Origin: Mycolicibacterium sp.
GTDB taxonomy: Bacteria; Actinomycetota; Actinomycetes; Mycobacteriales; Mycobacteriaceae
Direction: 5' to 3'
DNA: 64,000 nucleotides
NCBI RefSeq assembly: GCF_016462945.1
Contig: NZ_JAEMSG010000002.1
Coordinates: 9,491-73,490, forward strand
Shown here: positions 44,204 to 55,376 of the stretch, piece by piece
Position numbering within the stretch: the stretch's first letter is position 1
How the letters are laid out: every line of letters starts with the position of its first letter
Made by a program: the position numbers and the translations under genes
Notes under the pieces: generated by a model
Told to the model about the DNA's origin: nothing
Database searches by the model: none
The model's input: only the letters and a program-made list of their open reading frames with translations

Positions 44204-45390
44204 CGTTCCGCACGCCGATAGGCGGTGACGACCGCCGCCCCGCCCAGGCCGATATTGTGTTGCAAGGCGGCGGTGACGTTGTCCACCTGCCGGGCATCGG
44301 CGGTACCGCGCAGCTGCCAGGTCAACTCGGTGCACTGCGCGAGTCCGGTCGCGCCCAGGGGATGGCCCTTGGAGATCAGCCCGCCGGACGGGTTGACCAC
44401 CCAGCGCCCACCGTAGGTGGTGTCACCGGAGTCGATCAGCTTCGGCGCCTCACCGGCTCCGCACAGGCCCAATGCCTCATAGAGCAGCAACTCGTTGGCC
44501 GAGAAGCAGTCGTGCAATTCGATGACCTGAAAATCTTCCGGGCCTAGGCCGCTCTGGTCATAAACCTTTTGTGCCGCTTGGGCATTCATATCGTGGCCGA
44601 TGATATTGCGGGCTGATCCGTCGAACGTTGAAGCGAAATCAGTGGTCATCGACTGCCCGACGATCTCTACTGCTTGGCCGGCCAGACCGTGGGAGTCGAC
44701 GAAAGCCTCGGATGCCAGTACCACCGCGGCTGAGCCGTCCGATGTCGGCGAGCATTGCAGCTTGGTCAGCGGATCGGAGATCATCTTGGCGCCGAGAATG
44801 TCGTCGAGGCTGTATTCCTGCTGGAACTGCGCGTAGGGATTGTTCACCGAATGCTTGTGGTTCTTGTAGCCGATCTTGGCGAAGTGTTCGGCGGTGGCGC
44901 CGTATTCCCGCATGTACTCCCGGCCAGCAGCGCCGAACATCCACGGGGCGACCGGAAAAGTGAGTTCGTCCAATTCCACGAGCGCCTTGATGTGGTTGCC
45001 CAGTGGTGACTCGCGATCCTGCGCCCCACCGCCCAGCGAACCCGGTTGCATCTTCTCAAAACCTAACGCCAACGCGCAGTCCACCAGTCCGCCGCGGACT
45101 GCCTGGGCCGCCAGGAACAGCGCCGTGGAACCGGTCGAGCAGTTGTTGTTGACGTTGACGATCGGGATCCCGGTCATGCCGAGTTCGTAGAGGGCGCGCT
45201 GGCCGCAGGTTGAGTCACCGGCGACGTAGCCGACGTAGCCCTGTTCGATGTCGGTGTAGGCGACTGAAGCATCAGCCAGTGCCTTGGTACCCGATTCGCG
45301 GGCCATATCCGGATAGTCCCAACCCTCGCGGCTGCCGGGTTTTTCGAACTTGGTCATCCCGACCCCGACGACGAACACCCTGTTCGGCAT
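44200..45390 (-). CDS. ltp1: SCP-x type thiolase / lipid-transfer protein (Rv2790c-like)
   Basis: [51 protein letters not shown]. Confidence 0.88.
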   Translation of the reverse strand: MPNRVFVVGVGMTKFEKPGSREGWDYPDMARESGTKALADASVAYTDIEQGYVGYVAGDSTCGQRALYELGMTGIPIVNVNNNCSTGSTALFLAAQAVRGGLVDCALALGFEKMQPGSLGGGAQDRESPLGNHIKALVELDELTFPVAPWMFGAAGREYMREYGATAEHFAKIGYKNHKHSVNNPYAQFQQEYSLDDILGAKMISDPLTKLQCSPTSDGSAAVVLASEAFVDSHGLAGQAVEIVGQSMTTDFASTFDGSARNIIGHDMNAQAAQKVYDQSGLGPEDFQVIELHDCFSANELLLYEALGLCGAGEAPKLIDSGDTTYGGRWVVNPSGGLISKGHPLGATGLAQCTELTWQLRGTADARQVDNVTAALQHNIGLGGAAVVTAYRRAER

Positions 45391-45435
45391 AACGGCCCCT
45401 TCCGTGGTGGCGATTGACATTAGTGCAGGTGAGAT

Positions 45436-45449
45436 TAGAACCTGTTCTA
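45436..45449. promoter_or_regulatory. KstR operator upstream of ltp1
   Basis: TAGAACCTGTTCTA matches the KstR consensus TnnAACnnGTTnnA; minus-strand -10 TAATGT at 45422-45417. Confidence 0.8.
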
Positions 45450-45467
45450 GTTCTTCGAGAAGACGCG

Positions 45468-46643
45468 TTAGTGCGGCTCGAGTAAGGCCTGCGGCCCGCG
45501 CAGCATCAACTGCCGACCGATGATGATGCGCTGAATCTCGCTGGCGCCCTCCCAGATTCGCTCCACCCGCAGTTCCCGGTACATCCGCTCGGCGACGTTC
45601 TCGCGCATGTATCCGCGGCCACCGAAGATCTGTACTGCCCGGTCGGCGACCCGGCCGGCCATCTCCGAGCAGTACAGCTTGGCCATCGACGCCTGACCGT
45701 GCAACGTCTTGCGGTCCATGCCGGCGTCGATGCCGCGGGCCACCTCGTAGAGCAGGCTTCGAGCGGCGAACAACTCGGTCGCGCTGTCGGCCAGCATTCC
45801 GGCGACCAACTGATGCTCGCCGAGTGGCTTGCCGTCGACGATCCGGTCCTTGGCGAACGCGGTGGTCTCGTCGACCAGGCGCTGTGCCGCGCCCACGCAA
45901 CGCGACGACACCATGATCCGCTCGAAGCGGAACCAGTCCTGAGTGAACGTCATGCCCTCGCCTTCGGCGCCGACCAGATGTGTCGCGGGAACGCGCACGT
46001 CGGTGAACGACACGATCGGATGCTCGTCGGGAATGTGGTGGGTGTACTTGGGGCTGCGCACCACCTCCACGCCCGGGGATGGCAGATCCACCACCAGCAG
46101 GACGTGGTCACCGTGGTGGTCGCCGCCGTCCAGGCGGGCTTGGACGAAGACGTAATCGGCGAGGTTGTAGGAGGTGACGTGCCACTTGACCCCGTTGATG
46201 ATGTAGTCGTCCCCGTCGCGCCGGGCCGTGGTCTCCAGTGCCGAGACATCTGAGCCGGCGAACTCCTCGGTGATCGCGTAGGCCTCATGCTTCTCACCCC
46301 GCACACCGGGAAGAAGCCAGCGTTGGAGTTGATAGTCGGTAGCGACATCGGCCCACCACTGCGGTGGGGTGTGCATCACCCAGGCCAGCGCGTTGGTAGC
46401 TCGACCGGTCTGTTCCTGTACCAGAACCTGTTGCAGCGCAGTGAATCCCGGGCCTCCCACCGATGTGGGCATATTGGTGGCATAAAGCCCCAGTTCGATC
46501 GCGCGATGGTGGTGTTGGGCGGCGAGTTCCTCGGGAAGGTATCCGCCGGCCAGTTCTGCCTCGACCTCGTAGGGGATCAGACTGTCGACGAAGGCCCGCG
46601 CGGTGTCCTGGATCCTGATGTCCTCGGCCGTCAACCCATACAT
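45468..46643 (-). CDS. Acyl-CoA dehydrogenase
   Basis: [48 protein letters not shown]. Confidence 0.93.
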   Translation of the reverse strand: MYGLTAEDIRIQDTARAFVDSLIPYEVEAELAGGYLPEELAAQHHHRAIELGLYATNMPTSVGGPGFTALQQVLVQEQTGRATNALAWVMHTPPQWWADVATDYQLQRWLLPGVRGEKHEAYAITEEFAGSDVSALETTARRDGDDYIINGVKWHVTSYNLADYVFVQARLDGGDHHGDHVLLVVDLPSPGVEVVRSPKYTHHIPDEHPIVSFTDVRVPATHLVGAEGEGMTFTQDWFRFERIMVSSRCVGAAQRLVDETTAFAKDRIVDGKPLGEHQLVAGMLADSATELFAARSLLYEVARGIDAGMDRKTLHGQASMAKLYCSEMAGRVADRAVQIFGGRGYMRENVAERMYRELRVERIWEGASEIQRIIIGRQLMLRGPQALLEPH

Positions 46644-46666
46644 CGCCCGCGCGCTCCACTCCTCTT

Positions 46667-46682
46667 GACTGAGCGTTCAGTC
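46667..46682. promoter_or_regulatory. Palindromic operator copy 1, GACTGA-GCGT-TCAGTC
   Basis: Lies in the divergent spacer; 24-bp identity with 55360-55383; overlaps TTGACT -35, with CACGGT 17 nt downstream. Confidence 0.85.
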
Positions 46683-46701
46683 TATGCCACGGTCTGCTGA
46701 T

Positions 46702-47928
46702 ATGACCATTTCCGCGAGCGCAGATGTGGTGGTGGTCGGCGGTGGCACGGTTGGGGCGTGGACCGCGGTGCAACTCGCCGAGCGCGGTGTCCGGCGGGTA
46801 GTGCTGCTCGAGGCCAGAACCCTCGGTGCGGGCGCCAGCAGTCGGGCTGCCGGAATGGTGCGTGCCCAGGGCGGCACCGAGACCGCCATCCGACTCGGCA
46901 TGCGAACCCAGGACTTCTATCGATCCACCGGCGACCGCTTTCCACTGGACTGCGGTTTCATCGCCCAGGGGTACCTGATGCCGTGCTTCACCGAGGATGA
47001 GGTGTCTCAGGCTCATCAACGGATCGCGTTGCAGCAGCGCCTCGGCCTGGACGTCGAGTGGGTATCGAGTGCTCAGATCGACAGCCGGGAGACGGGCTTG
47101 GCGCCCGGGGTGACGATGGGCGCCTCCTACGCGCGCGGAGACGGCTACATCGAAGCGTCGCGCAACGTGCTGGCCTACACCGCCGCGCTGATCGCCCACC
47201 GGGTCGACATCCGGGAACGGTGCGCGTTCACCGGCCTGCGCACCGCCGGCGGGCGGGTGGTCGGCGTAGACACCTCGTCCGGACCCATCGATGCCGACCG
47301 GGTGGTGCTGACCGGCGGTCCGACCCTCGGCGAGGTGGGTGCGCTGGCCGGCGGCCGAATCCCGGCCGGCGGTGCTCGCCACCAGGTGGTTGTCACCGAA
47401 CCGGTGCTGTCAGTGGACGTCCACCAACTGCCGATGGTCTTCGACGTGACGTCTGGGATCTACTGGCGTCCCGGCGCGGCCGGGGGATTGCTGTGGGGCA
47501 TGAGCAATCCCGATGAGCAACCCGGTGAGGCTGTGGGTTTCGACCCGGTCTACTACGCGCAGGCCCGCGACCGCATCGAGGAGATCTTCCCCGCGGTGGC
47601 CGGTCTGGGCCTGCGGCGTACCTGGGCGGCCACCATCGACTACACCAGCGATCACACCCCGATATTGGGCCCACTGCTCACCGAGGATGGCCCGGTTTCG
47701 GGCACGGTGGTGGCAAGTGCGGCCGGACACGGCATGATGTGGGGGCCCGCGGTCGCCGAGGTGGCTGCCGATCTTGTCATCACCGAAAAGTGTCCCTGGC
47801 TTGATGTCACCGACCTTGGCCTGGACCGGTTCGACGCGCACGGCAACAGTCGCCTGGCACCCGATCCGATCTCCCTGCCGTTTCCGGAAAGCGTTGCCCA
47901 ACAGGAGAAAGCAAGGATCAACACATGA
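46702..47928 (+). CDS. FAD-dependent amine oxidoreductase (DadA/sarcosine oxidase beta/GcvT-like family)
   Basis: GGGTVG, GASSRAAG, IDYTSDHTPILG, AGHGMMWGPAVA; start 46702 preferred from promoter geometry (46684 is the alternative). Confidence 0.85.
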   Translation: MTISASADVVVVGGGTVGAWTAVQLAERGVRRVVLLEARTLGAGASSRAAGMVRAQGGTETAIRLGMRTQDFYRSTGDRFPLDCGFIAQGYLMPCFTEDEVSQAHQRIALQQRLGLDVEWVSSAQIDSRETGLAPGVTMGASYARGDGYIEASRNVLAYTAALIAHRVDIRERCAFTGLRTAGGRVVGVDTSSGPIDADRVVLTGGPTLGEVGALAGGRIPAGGARHQVVVTEPVLSVDVHQLPMVFDVTSGIYWRPGAAGGLLWGMSNPDEQPGEAVGFDPVYYAQARDRIEEIFPAVAGLGLRRTWAATIDYTSDHTPILGPLLTEDGPVSGTVVASAAGHGMMWGPAVAEVAADLVITEKCPWLDVTDLGLDRFDAHGNSRLAPDPISLPFPESVAQQEKARINT

Positions 47929-48272
47929 GTGAAGCTGTCACCACCCCCGTACTGGCCGATGCCGTCAACGCTGAGTTGGAGGACTGGGGCCCGCTGGATG
48001 AGGCCACCGGTCATCCGATGGCGACCCACGGTGTCGAGATCTGGGCCCAGGGCACCGCATCGGCTGGCATCTGGCAGTGCGCCCCCGGCCCGTCGCACTG
48101 GGTATTGGATACCAACGAGGTCATCTACCTGGTAGCCGGCCGGATGACGGTCACACCGGACGGTGGGCAGTCCAAGGAGATCGGCGTGGGTGATGTCGCG
48201 GTGTTCCCACTCGGCTGGTCGGGCACCTGGGAGATCCACGAGACCGTTCGCAAGGTCTACTCGATCTTCTGA
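47925..48272 (+). CDS. Cupin domain protein (DUF861/EutQ-like)
   Basis: GIWQCAPG, NEVIYLVAG, FPLGWSGTW.IHETVRKVY; ATGA-coupled to the upstream gene. Confidence 0.85.
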   Translation: MSEAVTTPVLADAVNAELEDWGPLDEATGHPMATHGVEIWAQGTASAGIWQCAPGPSHWVLDTNEVIYLVAGRMTVTPDGGQSKEIGVGDVAVFPLGWSGTWEIHETVRKVYSIF

Positions 48273-50329
48273 TTTCGCACGATCACCAACGCGTCCACGG
48301 CGATCACGCCGGCCGGCGAGGCGATGACGGGATTGGCCTCGACGGCGTCGATGACGTCGCCGAGTTCGAGTGCCAGTTGGGAGAATCCGGCGATGACGGC
48401 GGCCAGTGCGTCAGTATCGACCGGTGGCTCACCGCGCCAGCCGGCCAGTAACGGAGCAATGCGCAGCGAGCGCAGCATCCGCACGGCATCGGCTGACGTG
48501 ATCGGGGGGCAGGCGACGGCGCGGTCGGCGAGTAACTCGACCATGGTCCCGCCGGCCGCGACCACGATGAGCGGGCCGAAGTTTGCGTCGCGAACCACGC
48601 CGACGGAGACCTCGACGCCGGCCTGGGCCATGGCGTGTACGCTCACCGCCGGACCCAGACGATCGGCCATCGACCGGTAGGCCTCGCTCAGCGCTGCCGC
48701 ATCGGCGATACCGAGGACCACACCACCCACATCGCTTTTATGGTCGGCGCCTGAGGTTTTCAGTGCCACCGGGTAGCCGACGGCCTCCGCAACCGCCAGC
48801 ACATCATCGAGATCGTCGGCAACGCCGGGTGCGGCGATCGCGATGCCGTAGTCCGCCAGCAGTGCGAACGCCGCATGGGCATCCCAATCAGGGGCGGTGA
48901 GTCGCGATGACCAACGCTGTTGCCGATCAGCGTCGATGAGCGCGGTGCTGGTATTGGCAGGCAGCGGCCATCGGGCCAGATGCCCGAGTGCTGCGATGCC
49001 ACTCCGGGCATTCTCCAACACTGCAATACCGTTGCTGCGCAGACGTTCCGCGGTGGCCCTGTCGACGGCGGATGGCACCGACGCCAGTACGGAGATCGGC
49101 GCTTCGGTGCTTGCCGCAACCTCGATGACGGCATCTTGGTAGGCGGTGTCACCGTCGAATTCGCTGACCAGATCGACGGCCAGTGCGGTCACCGCAACCG
49201 CGGGATCGTCGACGATCGCCTTCAAACTGCTGTTGAACAGGGTCCTGGTGTCGGCACCGGTGCCCCACAGGTCCAGCGGATTGGTGGCGATCAGCCCCTC
49301 GTCGAGCAGATCGGTGATGGTGGCCAGCGTGGTGTCGCCCAGTTCGGCGAACTCGACCCCGAGATCGTGTGCGAGATCGGCACACAACGCCCGTTCGGCC
49401 CCGGAGTCGTGAACGGTGGCGATCCCGACCGAACCCGGCCGGCGCCGTCGGCCGGACTCGAAAAGCTCTATGGTGTCGCACAATTCGGCCATATCGCTCA
49501 CCCGGACCGCCCCGGTCTGCGCACAGAAGGCCTCCCATCCGATGTCCTCGCCGGCTAGTGCCCCGGAGTGCGCCGCCACCATCTCCCGGCCGCGCGGGGA
49601 GTGGCCGACCGACAGGATCACGACGGGCACGTCCTGTTCGGCGGCGCGATGCAGGGCGGCGCGCAGCCTGCTCACCGCCCGGGGTGTCTCCAGCAGCAGT
49701 GCGATCAGGGCGGTGCCGGGGTCGTCGAGCGCGTAGTCGACGTAGTCGGCGGCACCGGTGACCAGTTCCTGGCCGGAGGAGACCGCCAACCGGAAGCCGA
49801 ATCCCCGGTTTGCGCGCAGCAGGGTGGAGAACGCTGATCCCGAGTGGGTGATCAGTGAAACCCCCCCGGCGGCAAGGGGATTGGGTTCCAGGTATCCCAG
49901 CGCGCGCAGTCCGGTCACATTGTTGACGAACCCCATGCACCCCGCACCGCAGAGCGCCATTCCGGCCGCCGTCGCCACCGCGGAGATTTCCTCCCGGAGG
50001 CCGGAGGTGTGCGCGGAGCCGAACACGACCGCCCCGCGCGCTCCGGCGGCAGCCGCGGCCTCGAGTTCGTCGCGCAACGCCGCGTCAGGCACGCCCAGGA
50101 GCACCAGATCCACGGGCTCGTCGAGTGCGGCCAGCGACGGTGCGCAGACAACCCCGTTGATGTTCTGATAGCGGGGATTCACCAGGTGCATTCGTGCGGA
50201 ACTGCGCAGGCCTTCGAGGATCATCCGGGCCCCGAAGCTGTCGGGCCGTGCACTGGCCCCGACAAGTGCCACCGAACGGGCGCCGAGCATCGCGTCCACC
50301 GCGGCGCTGCGCAGCCTGCCGCCGGGCAC
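48257..50329 (-). CDS. NDP-forming acyl-CoA synthetase (acetate-CoA ligase family, CoA-binding plus ATP-grasp)
   Basis: SVALVGAS, GAGCMG, SHSGS-like THSGS, AHSGALAG, NPLDL, GYPVALK, HKSDVGGV, EANPV. Confidence 0.88.
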   Translation of the reverse strand: MPGGRLRSAAVDAMLGARSVALVGASARPDSFGARMILEGLRSSARMHLVNPRYQNINGVVCAPSLAALDEPVDLVLLGVPDAALRDELEAAAAAGARGAVVFGSAHTSGLREEISAVATAAGMALCGAGCMGFVNNVTGLRALGYLEPNPLAAGGVSLITHSGSAFSTLLRANRGFGFRLAVSSGQELVTGAADYVDYALDDPGTALIALLLETPRAVSRLRAALHRAAEQDVPVVILSVGHSPRGREMVAAHSGALAGEDIGWEAFCAQTGAVRVSDMAELCDTIELFESGRRRRPGSVGIATVHDSGAERALCADLAHDLGVEFAELGDTTLATITDLLDEGLIATNPLDLWGTGADTRTLFNSSLKAIVDDPAVAVTALAVDLVSEFDGDTAYQDAVIEVAASTEAPISVLASVPSAVDRATAERLRSNGIAVLENARSGIAALGHLARWPLPANTSTALIDADRQQRWSSRLTAPDWDAHAAFALLADYGIAIAAPGVADDLDDVLAVAEAVGYPVALKTSGADHKSDVGGVVLGIADAAALSEAYRSMADRLGPAVSVHAMAQAGVEVSVGVVRDANFGPLIVVAAGGTMVELLADRAVACPPITSADAVRMLRSLRIAPLLAGWRGEPPVDTDALAAVIAGFSQLALELGDVIDAVEANPVIASPAGVIAVDALVIVRNQKIE

Positions 50330-50349
50330 ATGCCCGGGTGAGGCCGGAG

Positions 50350-51990
50350 TCAGGAGCGCCTGCCCAGCGCGGCCAGGCCCCTGCGGCTACCACGCTTCTT
50401 GTCCGCAAGCGCCGCCCGTGCGGCCTGCCAACCGGGAATACCGCAGACGCCGCCGCCGGCGTGGGTTGCCGAACTTCCGTTGTAGAGGCCGGCGATCGGG
50501 GTGCGGTAATCGGCGAAGCCTGGTGCGGGCCGCATATGGAACAGCTGCTCCAGCGACAGTTCGCCGTGGAAGATATTGCCGCCGATGAGCCCGTACTCCA
50601 CTTCCATCTCGTGCGGGCCGACGATATCGCGATGCAGGATCGAGCCCTTGAAGCCGGGTGCGACCTCGTCGTAGAGGTCGATGAGCCGGTCGGTGTAGGC
50701 CTCGAGTTCCTCGGTGTGCGGTTCGCTCGCCCACTCGGACGGGACCCACTGGGTGAACAGCGACATGATGTGCGTTCCATCGGGATTCAGCGTCTTGTCC
50801 AGTGTGGTGGGGATGACGCTGTCGCTGAACGGTGCCAGGGCCGGCCGGCCGGCGCGGGCGTCCTGGAACGCCGCCTCGATGAACTCCATGGACGGGGCCA
50901 TCTCGACCGAGCCGGTGTGGTGCTCGGCCTGACCGCGACTCGGATTGGCGGTGAAGCTCGGCAACTCGCCCAGGGCCAGGTTGATCTTCACCACCCCGCT
51001 GCGGGTCTTCCAATGCTCGATGTCGTTGACGAAGTCCTCAGGCAATTCGTGGCGAGGGATCTGGTCCAGGAATGCGGTGCGGGGGTGCAGTGTGGTCACC
51101 ACCAAAGGCGCGTGGATCTCGTCGCCGTTATCGAGCGTCACGCCTTGGACCCGGCCGTTGCGGACCAAGACTTTCGACACCCGCGCGTTGGTGCGGATCT
51201 CGGCGCCAAAGCCCCGTGCCGAGCGGGCGATGGCATCCGACACCGCACCCATACCGCCCTCGGGGTAACCCCAGCTACCCATCTGGCCGTCGCCGACGTC
51301 ACCGATCGAGTGGTGCGCCATGACGTAGGCGGTTCCGGGTTCATACGGGCCGGCCCAGGTACCGATCACGCCGTTGACCGCGAGCGAGCCCTTGATTTCA
51401 GGAGACTCGAACCAGTCGTCGAGGAGGTCAGCGACGCTCATCGTGAGCAGCCGGGTGACGTCAGCGGTACTGCGGACCGTGATACCCCGCTTGCTCCACG
51501 CGAGCTTGGCGAGATCGGCCAGATCCGAGGGACGCCGCGAGCCGATCTTGGGTGGCACCTGCGTCAAAAGCGGCCCGAGAAAGTCGCCGAGCCCTTCCAG
51601 CCACGCGTTCCACTTGGGATAGGCGTCGGCGTCCTTCTTCGACCACTTGGCCATTTCCTCATGCGTGCGGGCCGGGTCCTCGTAGATCGTCAGCGATCCG
51701 CCCTCGGGGAAGGCCTGGTAGTACGGACCCATCGGATGCACCTTGTAGCCGTTTTGCTCCAGGCTTAGATCTTTGACGATCGTCGGCGGCATCAGGCTCA
51801 TCACGTAGGACAACCGGGTGACGCGCAGGTGCGGTGCGTCCTCCCACGGCGATTCGGTGACCGCCGCACCGCCCAGCGATGACCGCGATTCCAGCACCAG
51901 GGTCCTGGCTCCCGAGCGGGCGAGATAGGCGGCCGAGACCAGCCCGTTGTGGCCGCCGCCGATGACGATTGCGTCGTAGGTGTTGGACAT
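50350..51990 (-). CDS. Phytoene desaturase-like FAD oxidoreductase (PYROXD2-like)
   Basis: IGGGHNGLVSAAYLA, GSWGYPEGGMGAVS, GLIGGNIFHG, RTPIAGLYNGSSATHAGGGV. Confidence 0.82.
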   Translation of the reverse strand: MSNTYDAIVIGGGHNGLVSAAYLARSGARTLVLESRSSLGGAAVTESPWEDAPHLRVTRLSYVMSLMPPTIVKDLSLEQNGYKVHPMGPYYQAFPEGGSLTIYEDPARTHEEMAKWSKKDADAYPKWNAWLEGLGDFLGPLLTQVPPKIGSRRPSDLADLAKLAWSKRGITVRSTADVTRLLTMSVADLLDDWFESPEIKGSLAVNGVIGTWAGPYEPGTAYVMAHHSIGDVGDGQMGSWGYPEGGMGAVSDAIARSARGFGAEIRTNARVSKVLVRNGRVQGVTLDNGDEIHAPLVVTTLHPRTAFLDQIPRHELPEDFVNDIEHWKTRSGVVKINLALGELPSFTANPSRGQAEHHTGSVEMAPSMEFIEAAFQDARAGRPALAPFSDSVIPTTLDKTLNPDGTHIMSLFTQWVPSEWASEPHTEELEAYTDRLIDLYDEVAPGFKGSILHRDIVGPHEMEVEYGLIGGNIFHGELSLEQLFHMRPAPGFADYRTPIAGLYNGSSATHAGGGVCGIPGWQAARAALADKKRGSRRGLAALGRRS

Positions 51991-52025
51991 GAACGCCCCA
52001 CTTCCATTGGCCCCGCAGATATCTT

Positions 52026-52041
52026 GACTGACTGTTCAATC
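52026..52041. promoter_or_regulatory. Palindromic operator copy 2, GACTGA-CTGT-TCAATC (one arm mismatch)
   Basis: Between the divergent oxidoreductase and TetR genes; also preceded by TT and followed by TA. Confidence 0.75.
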
Positions 52042-52096
52042 TAACCAAGTGTTAGGCTTTCAACAAGTGCAAGCGCCGACCTGGGAGCACGAATCG

Positions 52097-52771
52097 ATGG
52101 CAGAACCCGCACCCGCAACCGAGAACAATGAGGCTCGTCGCATCCAGATGTTACGCGCGGCGGCCGAGTTGATCTGTGAGCGCGGCTTCTCCGATACCCG
52201 GATCTCCGATGTCGCCAAGCGTGCCGGAGTGAGTTCGGCCCTGGTGATCTACTACTTCGGCACCCGGGATCGGTTGCTGGTCGATGCCTTGCGTTTCTCT
52301 GAGGAATCGTTCTACGAGGCGGCCGAGCAGATGCTGGCTGAGGTTCCTTTTGTGCGCGAGCGGATTTCGTTGCTGATCGAATGGACCTGCATTCCGTCCC
52401 GCGACGGTGAGATTCCCGGTGCCTGGGGACTCTGGTTCGACTTGTGGGTACAGGCCTTCCGGCACGAGGAGGTCAAGGCTGGCCGGGTTGAACGTGACGC
52501 TCGCTGGCGGCGGATGATCGTCGACGCGATTAAGTCGGCCGAAGTCGAAGCCACGGTTCATCCTTCGATGTTCGCACTCGAGTTCGCCGCACTGCTCGAC
52601 GGATTGTCGATTCAGGTCGCACTGGATGACCCAGAGGTGAACGCGAAGGTCGCCTACGATATCGCTATGCGATTCGCCGAACGCGAGCTCAACCTGCCCG
52701 CCGAAGGACGCCGCATTCGGCCGAAGTCGGTCGCCGGACCCAAGTCAGTCGGGCGTAGTCGAGTTCGTTGA
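52097..52771 (+). CDS. TetR family regulator (BetI-like C-terminus)
   Basis: RISDVAKRAGVSSALVIYYFGTRDRL HTH; ALLDGLSIQ. Confidence 0.9.
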   Translation: MAEPAPATENNEARRIQMLRAAAELICERGFSDTRISDVAKRAGVSSALVIYYFGTRDRLLVDALRFSEESFYEAAEQMLAEVPFVRERISLLIEWTCIPSRDGEIPGAWGLWFDLWVQAFRHEEVKAGRVERDARWRRMIVDAIKSAEVEATVHPSMFALEFAALLDGLSIQVALDDPEVNAKVAYDIAMRFAERELNLPAEGRRIRPKSVAGPKSVGRSRVR

Positions 52772-52775
52772 GGCG

Positions 52776-53906
52776 TCAGCCGACTTTCCCGGCGGGCACC
52801 GCGGCCACCGTGGCGGGGCTGCGATGGAGCACCCGCACCGCGTCCGGAGCACACACGCAACTTACTGCCAATCCGGGCCGGTAACCGACGGACTGTGGTC
52901 CGGAGTGGTTGGGCACATCAACGACCAGAGCGGCGGACTCGCCGACGTCGACGTGTACCTGCGTCGAAGCTCCGAGGTAGACGACTTCGGCCACGGTTCC
53001 GGCAATGGCGTTGTACCCGGCCGGCACCGGGTCGTGAGGAAGTTGCACGGTCATGCGTTCGGGCCGGATCACGACGGCGGCCGGTCCGGGTGCGCAGCCG
53101 TTGTCGACGACGGCGTCGAGCCGCGCCGACATCGCTGAACACACGGCAGTGGCGCCGGTGCACTCCAGCACGTGGGCATCAAAGATGTTCGCGGCACCAA
53201 GAAACCCCGCGACATAGGTCGTCGCCGGCGCGGTGTAGATCTCCTGCGGGGGACCAACCTGCTCCACTCGTCCCTCGGCCAGCACCGCGATCTGGTCGCT
53301 CATCGTCAGCGCTTCCTCTTGGTCGTGGGTCACGTAGACAAAGGTGATACCGACCTCACGCTGAACTGCGCGCAGCTCAAGCTGGAGTTGCTTGCGTAGT
53401 TTGGCATCTAGCGCGCCGAGCGGCTCGTCGAGCAGCAGAACCCGTGGCCGTAGCACCAATGCGCGTGCCAGTGCGACCCGCTGCTGCTGGCCACCGGACA
53501 GCTGGGTGGGCCTGCGTTTGGCGAATTCATTCATCTGTACCAGGTCGAGGGCGACGCCGACGCGTTCCTTCGTCTCGGCCTTGGTGGCTTTGTGGTAGCG
53601 CAGCCCGAATGCGACGTTATCCCAGACGTTCATGAAGGGAAACAGTGCGTAGGACTGGAACACCGTGTTGACCGGTCGCTTGTGCGGCGGGTCGGCGACG
53701 ACATCGCGGCCGTCGAGTTCGATACGTCCGGAGTCCGGCTTCTCGAAGCCGGCGATCATCCTCAGGGTGGTGGTTTTGCCGCAGCCCGATGCGCCCAGTA
53801 GTGAGTAGAACTGTCCGGCGGGAATGTCGAGATCGATACCGGTGACGGCGGGAACTCCGCCGTAGGCCTTGGCCAGCTTCTCGAGCCGGATCGCGCCGCC
53901 ACTCAC
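52776..53906 (-). CDS. Polyamine-type ABC transporter ATP-binding subunit (PotA-like)
   Basis: [38 protein letters not shown]-like tail. Confidence 0.92.
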   Translation of the reverse strand: MSGGAIRLEKLAKAYGGVPAVTGIDLDIPAGQFYSLLGASGCGKTTTLRMIAGFEKPDSGRIELDGRDVVADPPHKRPVNTVFQSYALFPFMNVWDNVAFGLRYHKATKAETKERVGVALDLVQMNEFAKRRPTQLSGGQQQRVALARALVLRPRVLLLDEPLGALDAKLRKQLQLELRAVQREVGITFVYVTHDQEEALTMSDQIAVLAEGRVEQVGPPQEIYTAPATTYVAGFLGAANIFDAHVLECTGATAVCSAMSARLDAVVDNGCAPGPAAVVIRPERMTVQLPHDPVPAGYNAIAGTVAEVVYLGASTQVHVDVGESAALVVDVPNHSGPQSVGYRPGLAVSCVCAPDAVRVLHRSPATVAAVPAGKVG

Positions 53907-53925
53907 CGGACGCCCGGGACTGTGG

Positions 53926-55302
53926 TCAGTCCGCCACCGCTTCGGCTAGCCGCGCAAAGTTCGCGGCGAAGCGGTCGACATCGGCATCGTCGTGCTGGAC
54001 GGACAATAACCATTGTTCGATCTTGCCCCACGGCGGCATGAAAACACCGCCGTTGTGCTGCATGAGCCAGTGCAGATGCCCGATATTGGTGTCGATCTGC
54101 AGGAAATCGCGGAACTCGCGGACCGGTTCTGACCGGAAGGTCACGCAGCCCTTGGCCCCGAGGCTGACCACGCGCCAGCCGTAACCGTGCTCGGCGATGG
54201 TTGCTTCCAGACTGGACCGCAGCCGGGCGGCAAGATGATCAAGATGCGCGTAGCCCTCGGGGGTGAGGACCTCGGAGAGGTTGGCTCGAGTGGCGGCCAT
54301 CGCGAGTGGATTGCCGTTAAAGGTGCCCACCTGTTCGTAGCGGCCGTCAGCGATCGCCGACATGACTGCGGTAGTACCGCCGATCGCGGCGACCGAGATG
54401 CCGCCGCCCAAGGCCTTGGCCAGGCAGACCATATCGGGTGTGACGCCGGATAGTCCGGTGATTCCTGCGGGCCCGGTAGTGAACCCGGTCTTCACCTCAT
54501 CGAAGATCAGCAGCGCTCCCGCCGCGTGCAGTATCTCGCGGATCGCGGCCAGGTAGCCGTGATCGGGGGGGATGATGCCGGCGTTCATCATCGCCGGTTC
54601 GACGATCATGCCGGCAATTTGGTCCGGGTGCTCAGCCAGTGCCCGGGCAACCGCCTCTGGGGCATTGAATGGCACGATGACGACTAAATCCCTTATTGCA
54701 GAGGGGATTCCGGAGTTTCCGGGCACGCCGTTCGGGTGGTCGCGCGGGCCGACTTCGTCGGCCTCTGGCAGCACGGACACCTGTACTGAGTCGTGGTGGC
54801 CGTGGTAGCAGCCTTCAACTTTGATGATCAGATCGCGCCCGGTCACCGACCGGGCCAGATGCACGGCGTCCATGGTGGCTTCAGTACCTGAGTTGGCGAA
54901 TCGCCACTGTGGCAGGCCGAAGCGGCGGGCCAATTCGCCGGCATTCCAGATGGCGTCCTCGGTGGGTTGTGCGAAATGCGTTCCACGGCGCACCCGGTCA
55001 CTGACGGCGGCGACGATCGCCGGGTGCGCGTGGCCTGCGATGGATGCGCCGTAACCACCGTGCATGTCGACATACTCGGTGCCGTCGACGTCGTAGACCT
55101 TCGACCCGGCGCCGTGGCTCATCCACACCGCCTGCGGTTGGGCGATCTGCCAGTTCGAGGTGGCGCTGCCGGCGAGATGTCCACCGGCGAGTGCGATGAG
55201 TTCGGTGCTGCGCGGCTGCCGGCGCAGAAACACCTGCTCCTCATGTTCGATCAGGGCAGCGACGTCGCCCCGGACCGGTCTATCGATGGTCGGGGATGCC
55301 AC
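53926..55302 (-). CDS. Class III PLP aminotransferase (GSA aminomutase-like)
   Basis: GSKVYDVDG, NSGTEATM, EGCYHG, IFDEVKTGF, AKALGGG, GTFNGNP; GGAGG RBS before GTG 55302. Confidence 0.88.
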   Translation of the reverse strand: MASPTIDRPVRGDVAALIEHEEQVFLRRQPRSTELIALAGGHLAGSATSNWQIAQPQAVWMSHGAGSKVYDVDGTEYVDMHGGYGASIAGHAHPAIVAAVSDRVRRGTHFAQPTEDAIWNAGELARRFGLPQWRFANSGTEATMDAVHLARSVTGRDLIIKVEGCYHGHHDSVQVSVLPEADEVGPRDHPNGVPGNSGIPSAIRDLVVIVPFNAPEAVARALAEHPDQIAGMIVEPAMMNAGIIPPDHGYLAAIREILHAAGALLIFDEVKTGFTTGPAGITGLSGVTPDMVCLAKALGGGISVAAIGGTTAVMSAIADGRYEQVGTFNGNPLAMAATRANLSEVLTPEGYAHLDHLAARLRSSLEATIAEHGYGWRVVSLGAKGCVTFRSEPVREFRDFLQIDTNIGHLHWLMQHNGGVFMPPWGKIEQWLLSVQHDDADVDRFAANFARLAEAVAD

Positions 55303-55360
55303 GGGGAACCTCCACTCGATTGCCCTGTCCACCTGGGAAGAGGCGGCCAGGACAATTCCT

Positions 55361-55376
55361 GACTGAGCGTTCAGTC
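55361..55376. promoter_or_regulatory. Palindromic operator copy 3, GACTGA-GCGT-TCAGTC
   Basis: Between the divergent aminotransferase and the ABC binding protein; identical to copy 1. Confidence 0.85.
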
